DNA of 64,000 nucleotides from the human T2T-CHM13v2.0 reference genome, Homo sapiens. A program made the position numbers and the translations under genes. The notes under the pieces are model-generated. The model did no database searches and had not been told where the DNA came from. It saw only the letters and a list, made by a program, of their open reading frames with translations. The stretch lies in assembly GCF_009914755.1 (NCBI RefSeq), contig NC_060930.1. One strand, written 5' to 3'. Numbering within the stretch: position 1 is the first letter of the stretch; the number at the start of each line of letters is the position of its first letter. This document shows positions 1-12,173 of this stretch, one piece after another.

Positions 1-44
1 GTGGTATTTTCCTATAGCAGCCCAAATGGATTAACACAGGAATG

Positions 45-550
45 CGCATAGTCACACTACTCATAATCCCCCCGAAGTGGACACAACCCTGATGTCCACG
101 GGCAGACAAAAGCATACTGTTATGTACCCGTGAATGGATAAACAAAAGCACTATATCCATACAAGAGGATATTGTCCGGCCATAAGAAGGAATAAAGTGA
201 TGATACTGATGTGTGCTACAACATGGAAACCTTTCAACAAACTTGAAAACATGCTGATTGAAAGAAGCCAGTGACAAAAGACCACATATTGTTGGATTCC
301 ATTTACATGAAATGTCCAGAACAGAGACACCTATAGAGACAAAAAGGAGATTTGTGGTTGCCAGGGAGAGGGGAAGGGGAGATGAGGAGTGGCTGCTCAT
401 GGATATGGGGCTTCTTTTGGGGTGATGGCATGTTCTGGAATAAGATAGCAGTGATGGTTGCACAACTTTGTGAATACACTAAAAACTACTGAATTGTATG
501 CTTTAAAAGGATGAATATTATGGCAGTGAATTATATCTCAATTTTTTTTA
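45..550 (+). mobile_element. L1MB-type LINE-1 3' end fragment
   Basis: Old-L1 3'UTR motifs (ATGGATAAACAAAA, AAGAAGCCAG..ACAAAAGACCACATATT, GTGAATTATATCTCAA); subfamily from recalled consensus. Confidence 0.8.
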
Positions 551-564
551 ATGTATAAAGAAGA

Positions 565-846
<282 letters not shown>

Positions 847-1806
847 ATAAAAAGTAAAAAGAAGAGAGGGAAAGAGAGAAAAAGATGATGGAAGCCGAGA
901 CAAAGATAGTCATGGGGATGGATGAAGCAGGTTCTAGAACTTACCGAAAAAAAAAGGAATAGAGTGTGCCAACAGCTTAGATATAGAGTGTGAGAGAGAA
1001 GAGTGGAGGCTGGTTCTCAGGCTCCAGAAGCATAAGCCTGCATGGAGCATAGCGTCACTGAGCAAGACAGGTGTGGAGGATGAGAAGCGGGCCACAGGAT
1101 GGGAAGGGAATCTGTGTGGAGGCGGTGCCCTAAACATGCTGCCTTGAGGAGGGACCTCTACATGGGGTGGCCGGGCACAGCCAGGTGAGTGGAACGAAGC
1201 CACAGTCAGGGGAATCCTCAGGCCGCCCTCCCGTCTGCTCCCCTGAGTGCTGGGCTCTGCAACTCCCTCCATCCCAGCTCGTTTCTTGCCTTCTTTACAG
1301 GGATGCTATCTCCTCTAGCAAGCACGCCTTCCCCACCTTCCCCACCCCAGGCTGGGCCCTGGGCTCATCTTTATCTTTGGGATGGCTACGTGGGATTGAA
1401 AGGAGTGCCTCCCAGTCTGTGTGCCCTGCTAGGACAGGGATCTATTTGGTTTTTGTTTGTTTGTTTGTTTTCAACTTCATAACCAGACCAAGTTCTGGTA
1501 CATGGCAGGTATACGAGACATGGTTACTGAACTGGACTAACATTTTATTTAGAGTTGGTCCATTCTCTTAATTACCTATCTGACCCTCATTCTTAGGCTA
1601 TGATGGCCAAAACCCCATGTGGCATTCCAGGTGTGGACCTGCCACAAGGCAGTTGTGTGCGGGAGAGATCGCAGCGTGGGGTTAACTGGGCTGCTTCCCA
1701 GTCTTGGTTCTGCCCTGAGCTCGTTGCTTCTCTTCAGCCGGGTGAACATAAATCTCTCTAGGACTTCGTTATAAAGTAAGGCCTGTGCCCTAGATGTCCC
1801 TGGAGA

Positions 1807-1823
1807 CAGCGCCATCTGGTGGA
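1807..1823 (-). promoter_or_regulatory. Candidate CTCF-binding site
   Basis: Minus strand reads TCCACCAGATGGCGCTG, a near-perfect match to the CTCF core CCASYAGRKGGCRS. Confidence 0.6.
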
Positions 1824-1920
1824 ACTTCCTGTAACGATCGAGATGTTCCGTCTGTGCCGTCCAACATGGGAGCCATGCAGGACACATGGTGACTGAGCAC
1901 TGGGACTGTGTGCCGCGTGA
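1820..1920. mobile_element. MER3-like hAT-Charlie MITE fragment
   Basis: GAACTTCCTGTAACGATCGAGATGTTC..GTCCAACATGGGAGCCA..ACATGGTGACTGAGCAC resembles MER3. Confidence 0.5.
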
Positions 1921-2446
1921 CCAAGAGCAGCTCAGCTCTAAAGTCTCCTCCAGCTTTATGATGTCACTTCCTGTATCTTCTCTACACATTCTTTCCTTCA
2001 GCCTGTTGTTTGTAAGTTTTTATGTAGGAAAGTAGAAAATTCAGAATATGTTTCATCAGGTTTTTGTTTGGCAAAGTGTCAACATGTTTATAACAGAGTT
2101 AAAGATAAAGGAAACCTTTTGGGTTATTTTGGAGAATTGAGGGCAAGACAAAAGGCTCCCTAACTGCAGGGAAAGGGGAGGCAAGTCATGAGCTCTGAGA
2201 AGGCCTGGCAGTGTCTGTGAACACATGAGATGTGCCTGTCACCCCAACTCTGCCAAGGCAGCGTGCAAACAGCCCCTGTTGCACCTCCACTTTCTGCCTG
2301 GAGGCCCGAGCAACCGAAGGCTGTCACATCAGCCCAGCTACTGGGAAATGCCAATTTGGAAGCCCAGGACTTACCGCCAAACCTACGGGCCAGTCCCCCG
2401 TACATGTAAAAGTACACCCACCCCAGCATGGACATGATATTTATAG

Positions 2447-2641
2447 GAGTGTTTCTCAACTGAGGGCAATTTTGCCCCCTGGGGACATTTGGTTGTCACA
2501 AATGAGGGAGGGGGTGCTAGTGGCATCTAGTGGGTGGAGGCCAGGGGTGCTGCTCAACCTCCCACAGCCCACAGGACAGCCCCCACAACGGAATTACCCA
2601 GCTGCCCCAAACCTCGGTAGTGCTGAGGTTGTGATACCCTG
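2447..2641 (+). mobile_element. MER20 DNA transposon
   Basis: TTTCTCAAC..GGGGACATTTGG..TGGCATCTAGTGGGTGGAGGCCAGGG..GTGCTGAGGTTG. Confidence 0.8.
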
Positions 2642-3829
2642 ATTTATGGCAACATTCCCTCTGAAAACACAAAGCTCTATTACTTGGATCCCTGGAGCAG
2701 AAGTAACTTTTTAATAAACAAAATGGCTTATTTTCAGACAATTTCATCATCTGGTTCTCTTTATTAACTATGAATAAGGCCAGCAGTTCTTCTTGTTTCC
2801 TGTTATTTACATCATATACAATTTATTAATATCTCACTTAGGTAGAGTGCAAATGACATAGCCAATTAAGTGAAAAAAAGAATCATCACAACATTTTAAA
2901 AATTATATTGATCAATGGAAACACTCAATCTTATATGAGAGGCATATTTTTCTACTTTGTTCTTGCATAATTTCAACTTTCTTTTCCTACTTTCACAGGA
3001 AAAATATATATGCACATATTTGTATTCATTTTAAATGGGCTATACTTTGTAATTACCACTAGGCTGTAAAAATGCTAGTATTTATAAATGCAGTTAGATA
3101 ATATTTACCAGACAATATCATCAAGTATTTAATATTTAGATTCAAGAGCTTCATACGTATTAATTAACTATGAGCGTCTTGCAAGGTAATATTTTCTAGT
3201 TTCATTGAGGGAAACCAAGGCGTAATAAGGGATAAGCGGTTCCCTCAAGGCTGTAAGAAGGAGCAAGTTCCAAATATTCCTATATTTCTATTTCTTGGGT
3301 CTGTGTATACAAACTAGCAAATAATTACTTTTTAGTTTTAATAGCTCAACTTTTTATTCACTGTTTTTTAAAACTGAGTTTCATTGAGGTATAATAACAT
3401 ATTAAAATTAAAAGATACAGTTTAATGAGTTATGACTATTGTTTTTAAACTTATTGTTTACAGCAAAATTTGTTAAATGTACAATAAAAATAGATTTCAG
3501 AGGCGCAGTTTGACTACACAGTATCTTAGTACATGGCAAAGACCACAGTTGTTCAGTAAGTCAATAAAATCTCAATAATTTTGTCACATTGGGAGAAAGT
3601 CCAGTGTGACTGAATAGGAAGAATTTTGAATTGAGAATGTCTGTAGTTTTATTATGAATTAGGAGTTAGGGTATCCTGCTAGGAAGTCACAGTACAACTG
3701 ACTTTACTTTTGGATCTCGCTGTCTTCATCCGGACGGGGATGGAGACTGAAAGAGGATTAGACTAGAAGATCTCTCGGGTTCCTTGCAGCCCAAATGTGC
3801 TGTGGCTTCCAGTCCATGCTTTCAGAACA

Positions 3830-4765
3830 GTCACCCCGGCCACTCCCTCCTGGAATTCCTCCTCCCCGCCTCCCGTCCCTCCACACCCTCCTGCTTTCTC
3901 CTCCTCCTGCTGCTCTTCCTTGACCTCCTTCCCAGCCTCTTCTGAAATGTGGGAATTCCGCAGGCTTTACCCCGGCCCTCTGATCCTGGCACTGCCCACT
4001 CTTCATGGCGGTAGCAGCCCCCTGCCTGCTGGTAATGCCCAAGTCTGTGTCTCCGCCCCACCTTCCCCTCCCCCACTCCCGTGGCCCCCGGAAAACATCA
4101 GATGGCCTCAGGATATTTGTCCATGGGTGTCCAGAGGCACGTCCAAATCCCCACGCCCAGACAGACTCTTCTCCCTCCCACCCCACATACTGCTTCTCTC
4201 CCCGTTTTCCTTGTTTAGGTGAAAAGCACCAGCACTCATTTCAATCTCAGAATCACTCCCGGGGGTGTGTTCTTCCTGCCACACGGAATCTTTATGCTAG
4301 ACATGAAACAACTAGGCTTAGGGAAGTGGAGGAGCATGTCTAAGCCACACAGCCCGCCAGGGGTGTCTGACTGCAAGGCTAGGGCCCTTGACCACTGCCC
4401 TACACCCCAGCATGTGCCCCAGCCGGGGACCCCGGGCGCTGTCCTCAATGCCTCCCCCTCACCACTCACCGCCGCCCCATTGCCAGGACCCGAGACTCAC
4501 AGGGGTCTCAGGTCAGCTCCCCTGAGGACCTCTATCCCTGGCTCCGTTCACCCACCCTCATCCTCACCTGGATACATCCATCTCCTAACCAGTCTCCCGT
4601 CTTCCTCTCTTCAAGCCACACTTTTAAGTTGAGAAAAGGTGCTGTTCCTACAACACAGATCAAGCCACTCCCTTGCTTGAAACACTCCAGTGGCAGTCCA
4701 CAGCTTCTGGGACAAGAGCCAGCCTGTCACTTGGCAGCAGCCTCTCCATCTTCGTCTCCAGCCTT
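3830..4765 (+). mobile_element. Degenerate L2 fragments (with a MIR piece at ~4300-4400)
   Basis: Pyrimidine-rich, L2-like motifs; highly diverged. Confidence 0.45.
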
Positions 4766-4766
4766 A

Positions 4767-6214
4767 CAGTCCGATCTCATTATTTCTAGATTCCATACCT
4801 GCAAATTCACCTCTTCACTAAAATGTGTTTGTAAACCAAATCAATACTTGTGGCTTCACAGTGATTCACAGACTTGTACAGAGCAGGGAAAAAATCTGAG
4901 TAGTCCAAGGCATCTGTTCCCGGCTGAGGTGAAGCAAGGTGACCCCTCTGCTTTCTTGTCCCAGCTCTCACACTAGAAACAAGTGGTCCTTCCTGCTGTC
5001 TATCCAGAGCCATGCTTTTGCATTTTTGTACTTTTGTTGGTGATTTTGCTGTTTAAAATGTCCCCAGGCACGGTGCTGAAGTGCTGTCTACTGTCTCTGA
5101 GTGCAGGAGGCTGCGATGTGCCTGTGGAGACAATACCTGTGCTGGATGAGGTGCCTTCAGCGTGAGTTGTAGTGCTGTTGGCAGTAAGTTCAGTGATACT
5201 GAATCAACAGCCAAATACATCGAGGCCATGGAAGAGGAAATTCACTTCTGCAGGCCCCTCTAGAAAGTGCTTCTATAGTAGGTTGTGAAACTACAGAAAA
5301 GAAGGGAAAGCAGCTAAATTTGTGGATTCGTGAGATGATGTCTGATACAGTTTGGATGTTTGTCCCATCCAAGTCTCATGTTGAAATGTGATCCCCAGTG
5401 TGGGAGATGGGGCCTGGTGGGCGGTGTTTGGGTTATGGAATCTGGTCCCTCATGAATGGCTTGGAGTCATCCTTGCAGTAATGAATGAGTTCTTGCTCTT
5501 CTGAGTTCCCATGAGAACTGATTGTTAAAAAGAGCCTGGCATCTCCTCCTCTCTCTCTTGCTTCCTCTCTCACCATGTGACTCGCCGGCTCCCCTGCGCC
5601 TTCTGCCATGAGCGGAAGCAGCCTGAACCCCTTAGCAGAAGCAGATGCTGGCACCATGCTTCCTGTACAGCCTGCAGAACCAAGAGCCAAATAAACGTTT
5701 CTTTATAAATTACCCAGCCTAGGTGTTCCTTTACAGCAATGCTTTTTTTTTTTTTTTTTCAAAAAGCGTGGTAGCAACATTGTTGTGAGTCTGAAAGCCA
5801 AAGAAGTTTACAGTCAGGAACATGTCAAGCCCTTCTCAGCTAGTGCTGACTGGCTCTCATGTTCCAGAAGGTGATACAATGTGAAAAAGGTTAAACCTGC
5901 AGGGCAGGCGAGGCGAGTTTTGCAGATCAGGAGGCTGTGGGAGAATTGTAAAAATACCCGCTGAGTGCTATACAAGAAAAGAGTTATGTGGAAGGGCAGG
6001 TTCTCAATGCTGATGAGACCTGCGTGTTCTACTAGGATGTTGATAAACAAACCTCTGTAACACAAATGGTGTTTCAGCTGATGAAAACGTTGTGACCAGA
6101 CGCTCACAGAACCCAACCCATGCTTTCTCCAGGAGAAATAGCTCAGTATTTGCTAGTTCAGGGTTTGAAGAATGTTCGTAGAACATAACTACCTCGAATC
6201 ACAAGAATTGGCTG
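4767..6214 (+). mobile_element. MER82/Tigger17-like TcMar-Tigger element, interrupted by an MST LTR
   Basis: Termini CAGTCCGATCTCATTATTT...AGAATTGGCTG resemble MER82; internal GTTCTCAATGCTGATGAGACC encodes a Tigger-type VLNADET motif. Confidence 0.65.
5342..5742 (+). mobile_element. MSTB-like ERVL-MaLR solo LTR
   Basis: TGATACAGTTTGGATGTTTGTCCC start; GCCAAATAAAC..TTTATAAATTACCCAG end motif. Confidence 0.85.
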
Positions 6215-6511
6215 TGCTTCCCACTACCCTTACCCTGGGGGGTCCAGTCCCATTGAACTCTCTGTAGTTGCCTGAAGATGCTTTTCCTGAGGTGCCCTCT
6301 CCTCTCCATCTAGTCACCCAGATCCATCCTTTAAGCCTCAGCCCCAGTGATGCCCAGGAAGTCTCTCTGGACCCTCCCCTAGGGCAGCTGAAAATCTTTT
6401 CTTCAGTGCCAGGTGACATGCCCTGCACACACCTCTGGCTCAGCGTGCATCGCAGCAGCGGGATCCGTCACACTCTCCTCCACCTCCCCCACCAGCTGCT
6501 TCAAGGCAAGG

Positions 6512-7001
6512 CTCTTTCTCCTTCCTTCCTTCCTTCCCTCCCTCCTTCCCCTCCCCTCCCCTCCTTTCTTCCTTCTTCCTTCCCTCCCTCCCTCCCTCCC
6601 CTCCCCTCCTCCCCTCCCTCCCTCCCCTCCCTTCCCTTCCTTCCTTCCTTCCTTCCCTCCCTCCTTCCTTCCCTCCCTCCTTCCTTCCCTCCCTCCCTCC
6701 CCTCCCCTCCCTCCCTCCCCTCCCCTCCCCAACTTCCTTCCTTCCTTCCTTCCCTCCCTCCCTCCCCTCCCTTCCCCTCCTCCCCTCCCTCCCTCCCCTC
6801 CCCTCCCCTCCTTCCTTCCTTCCCTCCCTCCCTCCCCTCCCTTCCCCTCCTCCCCTCCCTCCCTCCCTCCCCTCCCCTCCCCTCTTTCCCTCCCTCCCTC
6901 CCCTCCCCTCCCCTCTTTCCCTCCCTCCCTCCCCTCCCCTCCCCTCTTTCCCTCCCTCCCTCCCCTCCCCCCCTTCCCTTCCTTCCTTCCTTCCCCCCCC
7001 C
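6512..7001. repeat. ~490-bp polypyrimidine/polypurine (CCCT/CCTT/CCCCT) tract
   Basis: Almost pure C/T on the + strand; one AA interruption at 6731-6732. Confidence 0.97.
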
Positions 7002-8222
7002 ACATATGTATGTATGTATATTAGTATATGTGTATGCATATAGACATATTTGGGGAGGTGGTGAAAAACAATACTTCAAGATATTTCTTATGTTGCACTT
7101 TTATTTCTAAATTAACCTACAGTATCATGCCTATTTAATTGATTTGATGTTGTGTTCTGGAATTTAGCACAGAGCCTGGCCCAAAGAAAGGACAATAAAT
7201 ATTTGCTGATAAAAAGCAAAAAGCTTAACAATTCTATTCATTTTACCTAACTGAAGTTCCTTGTGTCATGAATTTTTAATAAATAGTTTAAAATTAACAT
7301 GTTAAGAGCATGTTCCCTTAAATATTTTAAGTAATTCCTCTGCCCCCTCTCTTTTTAATTTGAGCTATATCTATAATAAAATTTTGTTGAGCAAAATAAA
7401 CTCCAGCTTAATCCAAATTGAATAATTAAAAATGTGGAAGAAGTGGTCTGAATTAATGAGTTTTCTCAGTGTAATTCCAGAATATTGAGCCAGAGGAGAT
7501 CTTAATTTACACGTGTGTTAATTAGGCTCTTCCAGGTTAGCCTAGGAGATAGGAGGGAAAAAACAGAGAGCGCCTCAGCAGGCTGCTGAGGCCTGAAAGG
7601 AAGGTTATTCACAGGCAACCTGGGCGTGGTTTCAACAGCAGCTCTGAGATGCAACACCAGCTGCCTCCGCTGAGCTGGCATGTGCTGCTCCAGGAGCTGG
7701 GGCTGCTGTCATAGAGCCCTGGCCACCTCAGCCCCTGCTTGGCCATGGTTTGTCCTGACTCGTTACTTCTACCACTGCTTTCTCTGCCTGCCGTCTCCTT
7801 CTGTCCAGACTAGCGAGTGCTGATGGTCTCTACAGTTTCAAATTCAAATCCCTCTGCAAAGAAAGCATCCGATTGCTTCAGATAGTCACTCTCCTTCCTG
7901 CTGGACTGAGATCTTGCATCAATTTCTCTCCTGAGATAAAGGCCTCCCTCTAAATGAGCTTCCCTTCAGCCCAACATCTTCTCCTTGGGCCCGGACAGTG
8001 AGAAGACACAGTCCACTTTCTCAGGAGACCTGCGGGCACGGGATACGCTCAAGTTATACCACTGGGAGCTCCTTTCTGAGTCAACAGAAGCAGAAACTGA
8101 TGCCTGAGAAGTTAGGAGGTCCTTCCTAGGAGGGTGCCCTTCAAAGTCCCCTGTTATCTAGGTCTCTGAAGCACATCACTGCCCCAGTATTGAGAAGTCT
8201 TGTCTCTTTAGCTTGTATTTTT

Positions 8223-10142
8223 TTTTTTTTTTTTTTATTGATCATTCTTGGGTGTTTCTCGCAGAGGGGGATTTGGCAGGGTCATAGGACAATAGTGGAG
8301 GGAAGGTCAGCAGATAAACAAGTGAACAAAGGTCTCTGGTTTTCCTAGGCAGAGGACCCTGCGGCCTTCCGCAGTGTTTGTGTCCCTGGGTACTTGAGAT
8401 TAGGGAGTGGCGATGACTCTTAACGAGCATGCTGCCTTCAAGCATCTGTTTAACAAAGCACATCTTGCACCGCCCTTAATCCATTTAACCCTGAGTGGAC
8501 ACAGCACATGTTTCAGAGAGCACAGGGTTGGGGATAAGGTCACAGATCAACAGGATCCCAAGGCAGAAGAATTTTTCTTAGTACAGAACAAAATGAAAAG
8601 TCTCCCATGTCTACTTCTATCCACACAGACCCGGCAACCATCCGATTTCTCAATTTTTTCCCCACCCTTCCCGCCTTTCTATTCCACAAAACCGCCATTG
8701 TCATCATGGCCCATCCCCAATGAGCCGCTGGGCACACCTCCCAGACGGGGTCCTGGCCGGGCAGAGGGGCTCCTCACTTCCCAGTAGGGGCGGCCGGGCA
8801 GAGGCGCCCCTCACCTCCCGGACGGGGCGGCTGGCCGGGCGGGGGGCTGATCCCCCCACCTCCCTCCCGGACGGGGCGGCCGGCCGGGCAGGGGGCTGAC
8901 CCCCCCACCTCCCTCCCGGACGGGGCGGCTGGCCGGGCAGAGGGGCTCCTCACTTCCCAGTAGGGGCGGCCGGGCAGAGGCGCCCCTCACCTCCCGGACG
9001 GGGCGGCTGGCCGGGCAGGGGGCTGACCCCCCCTCCCCCCTCCCGGACGGGGCGGCTGGCCGGGCAGAGGGGCTCCTCACTTCCCAGTAGGGGCGGCCGG
9101 GCAAAGGCGCCCCTCACCTCCCGGACGGGGCCGCTGGCCGGGCGGGGGGCTGACCGCCCCCCACCTCCCTCCCGGACGGGGTGGCTGCCGGGCGGAGACG
9201 CTCCTCACTTCCCAGACGGGGTGGCTGCCGGACGGAGGGGCTCCTCACTTCTCAGACGGGGCGGTTGCCAGGCAGAGGGTTTCCTCACTTCTCAGACGGG
9301 GCGGCCGGGCAGAGACGCTCCTCACCTCCCAGACAGGGTTGCGGCCCAGCAGAGGCGCTCCTCACATCCCAGACAGGGAGGCGGGGCAGAGGTGCTCCCC
9401 ACATCTCAGACGATGGGCGGCCGGGCAGAGACGCTCCTCACTTCCTAGATGGGATGGCGGCTGGGAAGAGGCGCTCCTCACTTCCTAGATGGGATGGCGG
9501 CCGGGCAGAGATGCTCCTCACTTCCTAGATGGGATGGCGGCGGGGAAGAGGCGCTCCTCGCTTCCTAGATGGGATGGCGGCCGGGCAGAGACGCTCCTCA
9601 CCTTCCAGACTGGGCAGCCAGGCAGAGAGGCTCCCCGTATCCCAGACGATGGGGGGCCAGGCAGAGACGCTCCCCACTTCCCAGACGGGGTGGCGGCTGG
9701 GCAGAGGCTGCAATCTCGGCACTTTGGGAGGCCAAGGCAGGCGGCTGGGAGGTGGAGGTTGTAGCGAGCCGAGATCACGCCACTGCACTCCAGCCTGGGC
9801 ACCATTGAGCACCGAGTGAACGAGACTCCGTCCGCAATCCCGGCACCTCGGGAGGCCGAGGCTGGCGGATCACTGGCAGTTAGGAGCTGGAGACCAGCCC
9901 GGCCAACACAGCAAAACCCCGTCTCCACCAAAAAAAAACCGAAAACCAGTCAGGCGTGGCGGTGTGCGCAGGCACCCGGCAGGCTGAGGCAGGAGAATCA
10001 GGCAGGGAGGCTGCAGCGAGCCGAGATGGCAGCAGCACCGTCCAGCCTTGGCTCGGCATCAGAGGGAGACCGCGGAAGGAGACCGTGGAGGGAGAGAGAG
10101 GGAGAGGGAGAGGGAGAGGGAGAGGGAGAGGGAGAGGGAGAG
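8223..10142 (-). mobile_element. Full-length SVA retrotransposon (hexamer, Alu-like, VNTR, SINE-R, polyA)
   Basis: (GGGAGA)n ~10095-10142; Alu-like ~9690-10080; GC-rich VNTR ~8730-9690; SINE-R ~8237-8730; polyT 8218-8236; perfect 17-bp TSD CTTTAGCTTGTATTTTT at 8206-8222 and 10143-10159 with TTTT/AAAAA endonuclease site. Confidence 0.98.
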
Positions 10143-10899
10143 CTTTAGCTTGTATTTTTAAAATGTTTGGGTTAATCCTGCAAAGTCTGGATGAACGGCC
10201 ACACCTGGTTTATGGGAAGTTTACACATGTTTCTTTTATCAAAATTATTTATGGCTAAAATTTAAGGTTGCCTGATATCACTGGAACACTGAAATGTGGG
10301 CCCACAATACAGTATTTATTTTCATTTTTTTTTCATTAATCTAAATAAATGAGTTGTTGCTTTAAAAATAAATATGTAACACTATAAGAGAAACTGGTAT
10401 GAAGCTTACCGGAAGCCACCATTACTTAAAAGCTATTAGTATTGTTTTGTCTTAGAATTTCAAAGCAAGGTAATATGTAACATGGCATTTACTCAATTAA
10501 TATTTATTGAGAACCAACTATATTCCAGGCACTGTTTTAAGTGCTGGGAATACAATAGTGACCAAGACAAACATATTCCTGCTTTCATGAAAGTTAAATA
10601 GTATGTGTTCAATCAACCTGTTTCCCCATTTTTTAGAACAATGAAGAGCAGGGAAGGGGTGGAATGAGGGTCAAAAGTAAGTCCTAGAGTCCTGCCCCAA
10701 AGTTTTCCAATTACAATCTAAAGTAACAACCTTATGCCACCAAATTCGCAATTTGAACATTGAAAACGGCAATTACCTAACTAAGCAAGCTGTGAGTCCC
10801 TGCTTTCTGATATTTTGTAATCCTGCTATCATCTATGAAACATCATAATTATAATAATAAAAATCGGAAACAGAGAAAGGGAGCATTCTGACATCCAAT

Positions 10900-11328
10900 T
10901 AAAAATTAACACTAAATAAGTCAAACTCCCCACAGAGTTTTAGATATGAAAATTGAAAATCTGATCTAAAATTTAAATGAGGTGAAAAGGACCAAGAAAA
11001 GCCAAGACATTCTTAAGAAGAAAGAACTAAATAAAAGAAATTCACTTACAGATGTAAAGACTTAATATAAAGCTACAAGAATTAAAGGAGTAATGTTGAA
11101 ACAAGAATAGAAAATAGACCAATAGAAAAGAACAGAGCCTAAAAACAGACCCACACACGTGTGGACACATATCTGTGACAAAGGAAATACTATAGATTAG
11201 TGATTAAAAATATATTTAAGAAATTAATCCTGATAGATCAATTAGATAGCCATATGCAAAAAGAAAATCTTAAAACATATCCTAAACTATCCACAAAAAT
11301 CAATTTCAGAAGGAATGTAGCTTTAAAC
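10900..11328 (+). mobile_element. Old L1M ORF2 fragment
   Basis: A-rich; AAGACTTAATATAAAGCTAC..ATAGACCAATAGAA..CAGACCCACAC typical of L1 ORF2 3' part. Confidence 0.7.
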
Positions 11329-11524
11329 AGCCTGGGCAACATAGCGAGACCCCATCTCTACAAAAAATATTAAAAAATTAGCTGAGCATGGTGGCGCACG
11401 CCTGTAGTCCCAGCTACTTCGGAGGCTGGGTGGGAGGATTGCTTGAGCTCGAGAGGTTGAGGCGAGCTATGATCATGCCAGTGCACCCCAGCCTGGGTAA
11501 CAGAGTGAGGCCCTATCTCTAACA

Positions 11525-11525
<1 letters not shown>
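11329..11525 (+). mobile_element. 5'-truncated AluJ
   Basis: CAGCCTGGGCAACATAGCGAGACCCC through the right arm. Confidence 0.9.
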
Positions 11526-11567
<42 letters not shown>

Positions 11568-11609
11568 CATACATACATACATACATACATACATACATAC
11601 ATACATACA
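11526..11609. repeat. Compound STR (TAGA)10(TACA)11 in an Alu tail
   Basis: Counted directly. Confidence 0.95.
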
Positions 11610-11635
11610 TAAAGAAATTTCTTTTAAAGAAAGAA

Positions 11636-11770
11636 GGCTGGGCATGGTGGCTCATGCCTGTAATCTCAGCATTTTGGGAGGCCCAAGTGGGAAGATTGCT
11701 TGAGCTCAGGAGTTCAAGACCAGCCTGGGCAACATAGGGAGACCTCATCTCTAAAAGAAAAAAAAAAGAA
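11636..11770 (+). mobile_element. Alu left monomer (FLAM-like)
   Basis: GGCTGGGCATGGTGGCTCATGCC...CTCTAAAAGAAAAAAA. Confidence 0.85.
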
Positions 11771-11771
11771 G

Positions 11772-12009
11772 AAATAAGATTTAGTGTTCCATAAATGAGT
11801 TGAGTGACTATAGAAAACAATAATCTATTGTATATTTCAAAACAGCTTCAACTTCGAGAATAATTTGAATGTTTTCAGCATAAAGAAAAGATAAATGTTT
11901 AAGGTGAGGATATCCCAATTACCCTGATTTGATTATTATACATTATATGAATGTACCAAAGTATCACATTACCCCCAAAATATGTACACCTACTACGTAT
12001 CAGTAAAAA
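11772..12009 (+). mobile_element. L1MA 3' end
   Basis: AATAATCTATTGTATATTTCAAAA..TACCCTGATTTGATTATTATACATT..CCCCCAAAATATGTAC. Confidence 0.8.
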
Positions 12010-12173
12010 CCTGACTATATAAAACCTAATTAATAGAAGGATTATCTTTACTGCTTCTCCATTTGACAATCCAATTTTGTCAAAATTTGGGGAAACAGAA
12101 AAAAAAAATGGTGCCTGATGGTGGATTACCGCAACTCTAATCTGTGGTTCCATGCATAAAGAGCCCCATATGC

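Noticed and set aside
2516-2535. MER20-borne CTCF-like motif
   Set aside because: Minus strand CCACTAGATGCCAC lacks the GGC core; weak match
6268-7110. Six overlapping 190-280 aa Pro/Ser- or Gly/Arg/Glu-rich ORFs
   Set aside because: A C/T-only tract lacks stop codons in all frames; low-complexity artefact
8242-10258. Multiple ORFs and a regularly spaced repeat array (CRISPR-like look)
   Set aside because: All lie in the SVA; the units are a tandem VNTR with no unique spacers and no cas genes
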